A DNA stretch of 64,000 bases from a virus: positions 9,883-73,882 of the IMG/VR virus record IMGVR_UViG_3300048839_000196. One strand, 5' to 3'. The position numbers were made by a program, and so were the translations under genes. Below, in pieces: positions 36,762-44,689 of the stretch (positions are counted from its first letter, which is position 1; every line of letters starts with the position of its first letter). The notes under the pieces are model-generated. The model searched no databases and was not told the origin of the DNA. It was given only the letters and a program-made list of their open reading frames with translations.

Positions 36762-37511
36762 TTAGTGCTCAATGATGAAAATATTTTTACGTTTGTCGTT
36801 TTCCTTGCGCCCATTACATAGGCCACAATCTTCACAGGTTGTTTTATAACCGCTTTCTTTTGATGCGGGGCAATTAATAATGCCATTCCCTTTTTCCGGC
36901 GCTGTTTTTGTAGCCTGAAAACATCTCCAGCCCATAGCAGACGCCAAAAAAGTTTCTGAAATGTTATTTGTACTCGCCATAAAATACGATAGGTAAGGCT
37001 GAGCAAGGTCTGTTTTCCATTGGTGTGTATAACCTGTCCAATTTTTGGCATTTTTAGTCAGTGCTTCAACCCAAACAACAGGTAAAATAATAGACTCGCC
37101 ATACACACCAAATCGCATATACTTATCTTTGACATCATTAATAATGCCGCTTTCCGGCAGTTCTGGCAGTTCTGGTAGTTGTTCAAAAGTAGGGTAATTT
37201 TTTTTGACGTCATTTAAGACGTTCAAAAATGATAAGAATGAGTGAAATTTGTGCGTATAACAACCTCCGCCATTACCGGACGAAAAAGGACAATCAAAGC
37301 AAACATCTTTGTCAGCGCTGAAAAACGCCTTTAGGGGTTGCTTTTGGTCTTTTTTTTCAGCTTGTTCAAATTGACCTTTGGAAAATGAGTATTGTTGAAC
37401 AATTGGCGTTTTTGAGGATGTTATTTTATCGTTACTGGATGGCGCAACTTTAAAAATTATTATTGCGCCGTCCTTGCGATATGCGAAAATTTTCTTTTTA
37501 GCTGTTTTCAT
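36762..37511 (-). CDS. GP88-like Cys-rich phage protein
   Basis: CFDCPF...GCY, RFGVYGE, WTGYTHQW, FMAS, GWRCF and CPAS...CEDCGLC motifs. Confidence 0.65.
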   Translation of the reverse strand: MKTAKKKIFAYRKDGAIIIFKVAPSSNDKITSSKTPIVQQYSFSKGQFEQAEKKDQKQPLKAFFSADKDVCFDCPFSSGNGGGCYTHKFHSFLSFLNVLNDVKKNYPTFEQLPELPELPESGIINDVKDKYMRFGVYGESIILPVVWVEALTKNAKNWTGYTHQWKTDLAQPYLSYFMASTNNISETFLASAMGWRCFQATKTAPEKGNGIINCPASKESGYKTTCEDCGLCNGRKENDKRKNIFIIEH

Positions 37512-37534
37512 CTCTTGTTTTGTTTTTGATGAAA

Positions 37535-37565
37535 CAAAGGTAAAACAATTTACCTAATTTGTCAA
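37535..37565 (-). promoter_or_regulatory. Bacteroidota sigma70-type early promoter
   Basis: TTGACA...TACCTTTG with a 20-nt spacer after TTG. Confidence 0.8.
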
Positions 37566-37585
37566 GTGTTGACCGCAAATATTTT

Positions 37586-37810
37586 TTATTTATTTTTTGC
37601 GGTCCTTTTCCGCCTGAAATAAACTAAAGTAAATTTCAGGCTTTCCACTGCTCTATCAGGAGTATCACCATGACCATACATATTTGGAAATTCACCGCCT
37701 AATAATAAGGCGTAATACAACCCCGTAAAAACATTATAGCTTAAATGGTATCTGATAGAGTGACTGCCGTTTTTGTCCGTCCACTGATGGATAAAAATAT
37801 TATTTTCCAT
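37586..37810 (-). CDS. Small protein with HicB-like motif
   Basis: EFPNMYGHGDTPDRAVESL resembles the HicB/DUF1902 N-domain; has its own promoter. Confidence 0.4.
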   Translation of the reverse strand: MENNIFIHQWTDKNGSHSIRYHLSYNVFTGLYYALLLGGEFPNMYGHGDTPDRAVESLKFTLVYFRRKRTAKNK

Positions 37811-37823
37811 TACTTTCCTTTTT

Positions 37824-37901
37824 TTATTGAATACTGCAAAGCTATTTGTTTATTTGATACGGCACAAGTAATTAGGTAAATTTATTTTTGTTGGTGGTGT
37901 A
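37824..37901 (-). repeat. 78-bp promoter-containing direct repeat, copy 1
   Basis: 71/78 identical to 38555..38632 by manual alignment; contains TTG-N20-TAGCTTTG. Confidence 0.85.
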
Positions 37902-38028
37902 TTTTACTGGTTATTAGTTGTTTGTTATTGCGTGTATATACATTGATTGTTGTTGCGGGAATATAGTAAAAAAAAATGCCGTAACTTTTAATAAGACACG
38001 GCAATTTTTAGCGGATATTCTCAGCGAG

Positions 38029-38256
38029 TTATTTTAACATCTGTTTTAACTCGCTTTTTATCCGTTTTGCAGTTTCGCCTTTCCATGTTTGTGCGTTGGC
38101 AAGAAAGTACAAAACAATACTTTTGCCGGAGTCTTCGTAAAAATTGTCAGTGATTTTTTGGAGGGATTGCATTGCATCCAAATAAGGTACCGCCCCGAAA
38201 TAGGGTTTTTCCCAATCGGCTTTAATTTCGCGCGCAATTTCGTTTAACGTTCTCAT
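38029..38256 (-). CDS. Hypothetical phage protein
   Basis: EIAREIKADW.KPYFGAVPYLDAM...YFLANAQTWKGE, a recurrent early-protein pattern. Confidence 0.65.
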   Translation of the reverse strand: MRTLNEIAREIKADWEKPYFGAVPYLDAMQSLQKITDNFYEDSGKSIVLYFLANAQTWKGETAKRIKSELKQMLK

Positions 38257-38277
38257 TGTTTTAGTTTTTGTTAGTTG

Positions 38278-38538
38278 TTAAATATCCAAAGTGTAAAACG
38301 TGGTATATTTTCCCGCTTCGCCGTTACAATTGTAAAACTCAAACGAGTTAACAATTTGATCGAATGGCGTGAAATAGTGGTTATCTACCTCAGCGCCAAT
38401 ACTCCACGGTCCGAATGGCTTAAAATTTACGGGGCAAAGATGGATTTTTGTACCGCTGTTATATAGTTTCTTTGCAGTAGGTTTAGATACTTGTTTCCAA
38501 TATCTGCCTGCACTGTCTTTGAACCTTAAATTTCTCAT
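38278..38538 (-). CDS. Hypothetical protein
   Basis: First ORF after the outermost early promoter. Confidence 0.6.
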   Translation of the reverse strand: MRNLRFKDSAGRYWKQVSKPTAKKLYNSGTKIHLCPVNFKPFGPWSIGAEVDNHYFTPFDQIVNSFEFYNCNGEAGKYTTFYTLDI

Positions 38539-38554
38539 TGTTTTGGCTGTTTTG

Positions 38555-38632
38555 TTATTGAATACTGCAAAGCTATGTATTTATTTAATACGGAGCAAGT
38601 AATTGGATAAATTTATTTTTGTTGGTGGTGTA
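38555..38632 (-). repeat. 78-bp promoter-containing direct repeat, copy 2
   Basis: 71/78 identical to 37824..37901; contains TTG-N20-TAGCTTTG. Confidence 0.85.
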
Positions 38633-39117
38633 ATGCTTTTGTTTATTGGTATAACTAAACTTTCGTTGCTGTGACTAAAGGTTTAGTTGTGTAACTAAAG
38701 TTTTAGTTATACTCCATAGGTGCACCCTACCATAAGTATTTTTAATTCCTACTAAAAAGATAGGAATATCTTTTTTTATTACCTTTATATAACTTCTCCA
38801 CAAAGTTAGTCTATGTACAAACCAATGAACACGCGCAAAAAGAACTGTTTAACTGAATTGTATTGCAGTGGAGTATATTTTTCTCATCGTCGCAAGGCCA
38901 AAAAACGGAAATTTGTAGGTGTGCCCGGACGAGAATCCGCAAAGCCCAACGCGAGCGACACCCGCCCGATCCATAGATCCGCTCCCACTCCCCATTCGAT
39001 GTAACCCCTGCAAGAATCTTCAAAAATCTCCCCAACAAAATTCTTCGCCAAAAACAAAAGCGGCGCCGTCACATCCCTGTAACAAGCGCCGCCCTAACGA
39101 CCAACCTAAATTCCAAC

Positions 39118-39249
39118 CTAATTACCAGCTATCCTCCACCGAGTCGGCGGATCATACTCGTGATCTACGATTATCTGCGGTGGCCGTGCTGACATCCAGA
39201 TCTTGAGCATGAGGGTGTAGCACACCACTGCAAATAAAAATGAGATCAT
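39118..39249 (-). CDS. Small membrane-anchored protein (43 aa, not in track)
   Basis: MISFLFAVVCYTLMLKIWMS...; its ATGA overlaps the upstream stop. Confidence 0.4.
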   Translation of the reverse strand: MISFLFAVVCYTLMLKIWMSARPPQIIVDHEYDPPTRWRIAGN

Positions 39250-39737
39250 AAGCGAATAATTTTTGCGTGAGCTAATCTAATGAATGCGTTCTCTCTTATT
39301 GCAGACCCGCCATTAATGGTAGCCTGCGTCCTTGTTACTTCAGTTCGGTAGTCCATCTCGGCGCCCGTCTTGTAGTCGTAAGCGGTAAAGATCGCTAAGC
39401 AATCAGACATCTCGAAGTACACAATGATGAAGTAATTAATCTGATGCGCCTTGGCGTGGGCCACGCCACCTTTGATCTTCTCAGCGGTGATCAGATATTC
39501 ATCATACGCCTTCCCGTTGTACACCACCCGGCACTGCTCGTCTATCCCTGCGTTCCGGGACTTGGTTTCAAAGATGCCGGTGATCACGCCATTGACTACC
39601 ACATACCCGTCATACGGGGAAGAGGAGTAGTCAGGGAACCAAACAAAGCGCGGATGGCTCGCTTCAAATCTAGTCAGTGCTTCCTTTGCCCGTACTGCCG
39701 CATCGCGGCCTTTTCTAGTGTTGACCGCAAGCGCCAT
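39246..39737 (-). CDS. PD-(D/E)XK-like nuclease
   Basis: SPYDG...FETKSR motif. Confidence 0.55.
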   Translation of the reverse strand: MALAVNTRKGRDAAVRAKEALTRFEASHPRFVWFPDYSSSPYDGYVVVNGVITGIFETKSRNAGIDEQCRVVYNGKAYDEYLITAEKIKGGVAHAKAHQINYFIIVYFEMSDCLAIFTAYDYKTGAEMDYRTEVTRTQATINGGSAIRENAFIRLAHAKIIRL

Positions 39738-40468
39738 TATACGTTGCTTTTAGGGAAGTTGTTTGCAATGAACTCGACATACTGATGAGCAATAACTGCC
39801 CGATACTTCCAGCCTTTGCCAGTGTAGTAGCCTGCTTTCTTCAGACAGGCGCAAGTGTCGTCAATTTGTCGGCGCTTGCAATCCTTATACCGCTCTGAGT
39901 TAAAGACCTCCGCCCAATAATGCACCGCTTGGTCAAAGCTAGAGAACGACTCAAACGCGCAAGGTACCGGCCCGCAGTCGTCTTTCGCCATAACCACATT
40001 GGCTCTACCCCTGTACTTGATCCCTCCCGGGTTCCAGTGATCTGCCCAGAGGTCGGACTCCCTGCCTTCGATCGTGGCCTCTATGATAAAGTAAGCAAAC
40101 ACAACCGGCTCAGCAATCCCTGACTTTCGGGCAACCCGCTCATAGAGCGCTTTATAGTGCCAAGCTAGAAACAGACGCCGCATCATACTTAAGCTGAGAT
40201 CGTCAACGCCACGGAAGCCAGCCTCGCTGAGCATGGTGCGCAGCTCTGTCTCGGACATCTCTGCAATTGCCCTGCCAGCCTTATTGTGAGGCGGTGTGTT
40301 GGAGTGATAGTACGCCAAAGGCGCGGCTACCAGTTCCGTACCGGGTACATCAGACTCTACTGTTTCTGCCTTTCCTAATACGGCTACCCAGAAGATGCTA
40401 GAAATCACGAAGATCCCTAGCGCCATCTGTTTCACCTGATTTTCTGAGTAGTATCTCTCTGTCTTCAT
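39737..40468 (-). CDS. Membrane-anchored lysozyme-fold (GH73-like) protein
   Basis: N-terminal TM; AYFIIEA...NPGGIKY...FESFSS...YKDC...LKKAGYYT. Confidence 0.6.
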   Translation of the reverse strand: MKTERYYSENQVKQMALGIFVISSIFWVAVLGKAETVESDVPGTELVAAPLAYYHSNTPPHNKAGRAIAEMSETELRTMLSEAGFRGVDDLSLSMMRRLFLAWHYKALYERVARKSGIAEPVVFAYFIIEATIEGRESDLWADHWNPGGIKYRGRANVVMAKDDCGPVPCAFESFSSFDQAVHYWAEVFNSERYKDCKRRQIDDTCACLKKAGYYTGKGWKYRAVIAHQYVEFIANNFPKSNV

Positions 40469-40841
40469 CTGTCATTTTTTTGATTTGGACTCCGCCATAG
40501 ATCGACCAAATCTTAGTGGCGAATATGGTGTGCACACCTGCGTCATCAATAAGCATGGCGTCCATGAGTCCTTTTACAAAGTTATCTATATCTGGTTTTT
40601 GTTTGTGCGGCTTGCCAAGCATTTCACTATACTTCCTACCTGACCAAGATTTCGGCATCGGAATATAGAATACAGCGAACATCATACCGCTTGGTGTGAA
40701 GTCACACACATCCATGGCGGATTTCACTATGTCTTTAAACGACCAGTAGCGCTGCACGCATGGCCTCTTGGCCCAGCGATCGCGCTGAGTCATACGAGGC
40801 TTGGGCGCCGGGGCCACTGGTATGTACATGGAATCACTCAT
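40398..40841 (-). CDS. rusA: RusA-like Holliday junction resolvase
   Basis: PKPRMT and KPDIDNFVKGLMDAML.DDA.V motifs. Confidence 0.85.
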   Translation of the reverse strand: MSDSMYIPVAPAPKPRMTQRDRWAKRPCVQRYWSFKDIVKSAMDVCDFTPSGMMFAVFYIPMPKSWSGRKYSEMLGKPHKQKPDIDNFVKGLMDAMLIDDAGVHTIFATKIWSIYGGVQIKKMTDEDREILLRKSGETDGARDLRDF

Positions 40842-41037
40842 GCTCCTCTGAGTTTCTCAGGTCCTCCTCAAGCGCAGCGCGCCAAGACTGCTGTGCGTAA
40901 CCAAGCCCAAGCACGATAGCTTTCAGTACATCCAAGACATCATAGATATCGTGATCGCTGCCCGGCATCTCTATGGTGATCTTACGCCCATGACTTTCGC
41001 CGGTGAAAATAGTGTTGTTTTCTGCTGTCATTACCAT
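40834..41037 (-). CDS. Hypothetical protein
   Basis: Coupled ORF. Confidence 0.55.
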   Translation of the reverse strand: MVMTAENNTIFTGESHGRKITIEMPGSDHDIYDVLDVLKAIVLGLGYAQQSWRAALEEDLRNSEEHE

Positions 41038-41312
41038 ATTGTTTCGTCTAGGAACTTATCAACCAGTTCGGCGCTCGTACAGCGCTGGCCACTAATGCGA
41101 CCATTAAGTACCCAGATATCTCCAGAAGCTATCTGGCTGTGCTGGTGGTTTTCTTTGGCCATCCAATCAAGAAGATCAATAGCGAGCATACGCCTGAGCT
41201 CCATGTATGTGTCTTTAATCTGAAGCACATTACGCTCAAGCTCATTGAGCTTTTCCTGTCTATCTTCGCTCTCTTTGAGTAGCTGAAGAAACGCCTGTTC
41301 TGTGATCACCAT
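41031..41312 (-). CDS. Hypothetical protein
   Basis: ORF directly after the tRNA cluster. Confidence 0.55.
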   Translation of the reverse strand: MVITEQAFLQLLKESEDRQEKLNELERNVLQIKDTYMELRRMLAIDLLDWMAKENHQHSQIASGDIWVLNGRISGQRCTSAELVDKFLDETIW

Positions 41313-41328
41313 AAGATTTTGTTTTTTG

Positions 41329-41400
41329 ACGCGCAGCCGAGAGTCGAACTCGGGGCTGGGGATTATGAGACCCCTGTGTTACCAGCTACACCACCGCGCA
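41329..41400 (-). tRNA. tRNA with CAT anticodon (Met; Ile2 not excluded), CCA not encoded
   Basis: Cloverleaf TGCGCGG TG GTGT AGCTGGTA ACAC A GGGGT CTCATAA TCCCC AGCC CCGAG TTCGACT CTCGG CTGCGCG T. Confidence 0.85.
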
Positions 41401-41407
41401 AGTTTTG

Positions 41408-41475
41408 GCCCGCAGCCGGAATCGAACCGGACTCTGGGAGCGACCCAGCTATGCTACCATTACACCACTGCGAGC
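41408..41475 (-). tRNA. Aberrant tRNA-like gene (8-bp acceptor, 4-bp T stem, non-canonical anticodon loop)
   Basis: GCTCGCAG TG GTGT AATGGTA GCAT AG CTGGG TCGCT CCCAG AGT CCGG TTCGATT CCGG CTGCGGGC. Confidence 0.6.
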
Positions 41476-41481
41476 AAATTA

Positions 41482-41550
41482 CCCAACCGCCGCCACACGC
41501 CGCTCGTCCCCACTTACCTCAGACAAAGCCGGGCACATCACGGTTGGGAT
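41482..41550 (-). ncRNA. Candidate ~69-nt hairpin RNA heading the tRNA transcript
   Basis: Terminal stem CCCAACCG/CGGTTGGG starts at the predicted TSS. Confidence 0.4.
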
Positions 41551-41554
41551 AGGA

Positions 41555-41585
41555 CAAAGGTAAGGAATTTTTTAATACGATGCAA
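41555..41585 (-). promoter_or_regulatory. Bacteroidota promoter for the RNA cluster
   Basis: TTG-N20-TACCTTTG. Confidence 0.78.
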
Positions 41586-41638
41586 TAGCTGCGGTGAAAA
41601 AATCTCAAAACTTTTTTACGATAAAGTGCGTCAGCTAT

Positions 41639-41669
41639 TTGCATCTTAACGCAGAATGGCGTATATTTG
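41639..41669 (+). promoter_or_regulatory. Divergent Bacteroidota promoter
   Basis: TTG-N20-TATATTTG. Confidence 0.75.
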
Positions 41670-41673
41670 TGGC

Positions 41674-42747
41674 ATGATGAACCGTATCGAATATCACAAG
41701 CACACTATGCCGGTAAACATCGGCAGGTGGGCCTTGGCCGAAGGGCGCCACAGGGAACTGTTGGTGTACCTCTATGCCCGGGCCATAGCTAGTGTCAATG
41801 CGGGCTACATCCAAGATGACAAGCTGATCCTTATTCAAAGCGCTCTTGGCTGGACTAAGAAGCGCTTTGCTCGTTGGTTCGACCGGACCGTTGAGTGTGG
41901 ACTCATTGAGCGCCATGGTGCAAAGTGGCACGTTGTGGCCGCTCAAGTATTCCATGGCCGGTTGCTCACGGATTACTTCAAGGACAAGCGTTACGCCAAG
42001 ATGAAGGTGAACGTGAATCCGGAGTGGTACAAGGATCTGTCTGTCACACAATTCAAGGGGCTTTTGTATGGCTGGCTTAAAAGTGCTGACGCCAAACAGA
42101 AGTATCACCTTGAGAAGTTCCGCAATCCCGACGCATATAAGAGAGCGCAGTCGGTAAAAGAGTACGCTGAAGATGGCCTCTTGGCAGTTGCCAAGGATCG
42201 CGGAAATGCTTCCTATCGTTATTTCGCTGACGCACACATGAACATCGGGCTGCCGCTTTCCACGCAGTCTCGCCTGATGAAGGTGTGTGTAAGTAAGGGC
42301 TGGCTCTGGCGCAGCCTTGAGTGTGACCCGGAGTGTGACGCAAAGAAGATCACGACTTACGACGAGATGTCGGAGTTTCTGATCTCTAAGCGGCGCTTAG
42401 GTCACCTAGAGGGCTACGAGTCAAGCAGGGTGTTCCGCATGAATACCGGGCCATACGCCGGTCAGTTGCGGATCTTGCGCAGGGTGTACTCCCGGGCGAA
42501 GACGAAGGAGGTGACTGTGTTTTCTTCAAAGGTGGGCATACCTAAAGGGTTATCATACGATGAACCTAAAAAAGTGATCGCGCCAATTTTTGAAGCTATT
42601 AGGACTGTTGGAGGGTTTGGAGAGTTTAAATCAAGTGGAGATCTCTTCTCTTTCTTGGATGAATTAGTAGAAGTAAAGCAAAGTAATAAATGCTCCTCTA
42701 ATTCTTCTCCTTCTACTTCTAATAATTATTATAGTAATATAGTATAA
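41674..42747 (+). CDS. Basic hypothetical protein, possibly DNA-binding and probably leaderless
   Basis: The track start 41656 lies inside the promoter; ATG 41674 coincides with the predicted TSS. Confidence 0.6.
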   Translation: MMNRIEYHKHTMPVNIGRWALAEGRHRELLVYLYARAIASVNAGYIQDDKLILIQSALGWTKKRFARWFDRTVECGLIERHGAKWHVVAAQVFHGRLLTDYFKDKRYAKMKVNVNPEWYKDLSVTQFKGLLYGWLKSADAKQKYHLEKFRNPDAYKRAQSVKEYAEDGLLAVAKDRGNASYRYFADAHMNIGLPLSTQSRLMKVCVSKGWLWRSLECDPECDAKKITTYDEMSEFLISKRRLGHLEGYESSRVFRMNTGPYAGQLRILRRVYSRAKTKEVTVFSSKVGIPKGLSYDEPKKVIAPIFEAIRTVGGFGEFKSSGDLFSFLDELVEVKQSNKCSSNSSPSTSNNYYSNIV

Positions 42748-42877
42748 GAGCCCCATCCCCGGAGAAGGGTACTCTTTTATTAGTTCCAATTTAGGCAATG
42801 CACCAAAGCAAAGCCTGATTTTCTATTTTACAAAAGAAGCAAACCGAAACAAAGTGAAAATAAATCCAAAAATAAAC

Positions 42878-42908
42878 TTGCGCAAGACCAAACAAAGGTT
42901 TATCTTTG
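42878..42908 (+). promoter_or_regulatory. Bacteroidota promoter
   Basis: TTG-N20-TATCTTTG. Confidence 0.78.
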
Positions 42909-42930
42909 TCGGAGCAAAAACAAAAATGAT

Positions 42931-43161
42931 ATGACACATCAAGAGATGCAAGATCAATACAATCAAGACATCATTGAGTTCCACCGGAAGAAAGGATGGA
43001 GCGAAGAGCGGTTAAAGGCTCTGCCGCAATTGCCACTTCCGCATCTAATTGTTGATGAAAAGCGCGAGATACTTTGCCATGATGATGAAAAGGAGTTCCC
43101 GGAAGAAATAGCTAAGGAGACTGAACAATTCATTAATAGACTAAAAGAAAGAATGCCATGA
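42931..43161 (+). CDS. Hypothetical protein
   Basis: ORF after the promoter. Confidence 0.55.
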   Translation: MTHQEMQDQYNQDIIEFHRKKGWSEERLKALPQLPLPHLIVDEKREILCHDDEKEFPEEIAKETEQFINRLKERMP

Positions 43162-43691
43162 CAAACCTTATCGAAAAAGTAATCGACTGGGCAAACGAAA
43201 GAAGCCTAGTCAAGCCATACGCCCAATACGCTCAGACGGTCAAGTTATCCGAAGAGCTTGGCGAGATATCAAGAGCAATCCTGAAAGAAGATCACGACGC
43301 ACTCAAAGACGGCATCGGTGATGTCCTTGTCGTCTTGATCATCCTCTGTGCGCAAAAAGGAATCGACATCAGGCCATTCTTTAGTGAAAGTAACTTTGCC
43401 AAATGGAATGAGTCTTACCGTTTTTATGAAACCCACAAAGAAAAAATCTTCGATTGGAAGTACGGATTCGTTATCGGACTTCAAAGCGATGTCGGGTTAA
43501 TCTCGCAATCTATATACAAGCTTAGGCTTGATTCATTCACCGACCAATTGAAAGAAACACTTATAAGCCTCCACCACCTAGCCAAGCAGCACGATCTCAC
43601 ACTAGAAGAATGCCTACAAGCCGCCTACGATGAGATCAAAGACCGCAAAGGACAAACCATAAACGGAACCTTTATAAAGCAACAGCAATGA
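43158..43691 (+). CDS. MazG-like nucleotide pyrophosphohydrolase with internal duplication
   Basis: KLSEELGE...DGIGDVLVVL and ECLQAAYDEIKDRKG...GTFIK motifs. Confidence 0.85.
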   Translation: MTNLIEKVIDWANERSLVKPYAQYAQTVKLSEELGEISRAILKEDHDALKDGIGDVLVVLIILCAQKGIDIRPFFSESNFAKWNESYRFYETHKEKIFDWKYGFVIGLQSDVGLISQSIYKLRLDSFTDQLKETLISLHHLAKQHDLTLEECLQAAYDEIKDRKGQTINGTFIKQQQ

Positions 43692-44008
43692 GCGGAGGAA
43701 GATTTGACTATGATCAATACAGGATCAAGGATATCGCCGAGAAGATCGACCTGATCTTGAGGAGACAGGGCGATAAAAAATATCCAGAGGATCACTGGCA
43801 GGCAGATCTCTTCAGGCAATACCCGGAGCTTGGATTTTACGAAACATATTCACCGGAGGTTCAAGAGGCGATGAAGAAAGCGGTGAACATTTTAAATGAA
43901 TCTTTTGTTTACGCACAAAGAATCGACTACTTCCTATCTTCCGATGATTCCGAGGAGTCCTTTCTGAAGCGGCTTAAAGAAGACTTAGATAAACTAAAGA
44001 AGCTATAA
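43688..44008 (+). CDS. Hypothetical phage protein
   Basis: MSGGRFDY...RIDYFLSSDD.EESF pattern. Confidence 0.65.
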   Translation: MSGGRFDYDQYRIKDIAEKIDLILRRQGDKKYPEDHWQADLFRQYPELGFYETYSPEVQEAMKKAVNILNESFVYAQRIDYFLSSDDSEESFLKRLKEDLDKLKKL

Positions 44009-44044
44009 CTGCTTGTTTTGTTTTGTTTTGTTTTCATATTTTAG

Positions 44045-44081
44045 ATCCCGGGCAGCCGTAGAGCTTCCGGGATTTTTTTTT
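44045..44081 (+). terminator. Intrinsic terminator
   Basis: ATCCCGG...CCGGGAT hairpin followed by a T tract. Confidence 0.7.
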
Positions 44082-44090
44082 GAAAAAGAC

Positions 44091-44121
44091 TTGACAAGAA
44101 CGGAATAAAAGACTATCTTTG
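44091..44121 (+). promoter_or_regulatory. Bacteroidota promoter
   Basis: TTGACA...TATCTTTG with a 20-nt spacer after TTG. Confidence 0.8.
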
Positions 44122-44136
44122 TAGAAACAAAAGGAC

Positions 44137-44328
44137 ATGGATGAATTGCAGACCAATAATATCCCGATACTCAATGAAAAGCAGATCAAAGAAGAGATGG
44201 AGCGCATGTTCTGGGATGGGGTAGAATTGTTCTGGAGGCAAGAAGGCCATAATAATAAGCCAGACCAAGAGGTCGCGAAAGAACTTGAAGACAGGTACGA
44301 GCAGATTATCAACTTACTAGAATCTTAA
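44137..44328 (+). CDS. Hypothetical protein
   Basis: ORF after the promoter. Confidence 0.55.
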   Translation: MDELQTNNIPILNEKQIKEEMERMFWDGVELFWRQEGHNNKPDQEVAKELEDRYEQIINLLES

Positions 44329-44333
44329 AGGAC

Positions 44334-44474
44334 ATGATCGGACACTGGACAGAACACGTTAAGCAATGGCACATCAAGAGCGTTGCATTCTTAGCCTTGA
44401 TAGGCGCCATAGCCTTAGTGGCCGTTGCAATTGAAACTCTTTTATTGATCATCGAAACAATCAGAGCACTATGA
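44334..44474 (+). CDS. Small membrane protein (46 aa, not in track)
   Basis: MIGHWTEHVKQWHIKSVAFLALIGAIALVAVAIETLLLIIETIRAL; stop overlaps the next start. Confidence 0.5.
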   Translation: MIGHWTEHVKQWHIKSVAFLALIGAIALVAVAIETLLLIIETIRAL

Positions 44475-44689
44475 GCAACCAATTTTTCTGGGCAGTGCCG
44501 AAATGGCGCACGAACAAAGAAGTTGTGGAGTATAACCCACGCTCGAACGCATATTTCAGACCCGGTTTTGAGGAGATATACTTGGAAAAAGACTTCGACT
44601 GGATCTCAGACACGCCGATCCAAATGCCGGATATTCAAACCAAAACCTGTGCAAACTACGAAGCCGACTATGATGAAGTCCCCGAGTAA
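44471..44689 (+). CDS. Hypothetical protein
   Basis: Coupled ORF. Confidence 0.5.
   Translation: MSNQFFWAVPKWRTNKEVVEYNPRSNAYFRPGFEEIYLEKDFDWISDTPIQMPDIQTKTCANYEADYDEVPE

Noticed and set aside
38811-39206. Four overlapping short ORFs in the track
   Set aside because: Mutually overlapping, low-complexity translations without leaders; the region is treated as non-coding.
41302-41649. ORFs across the tRNA cluster
   Set aside because: They are antisense translations of tRNA and promoter sequence.
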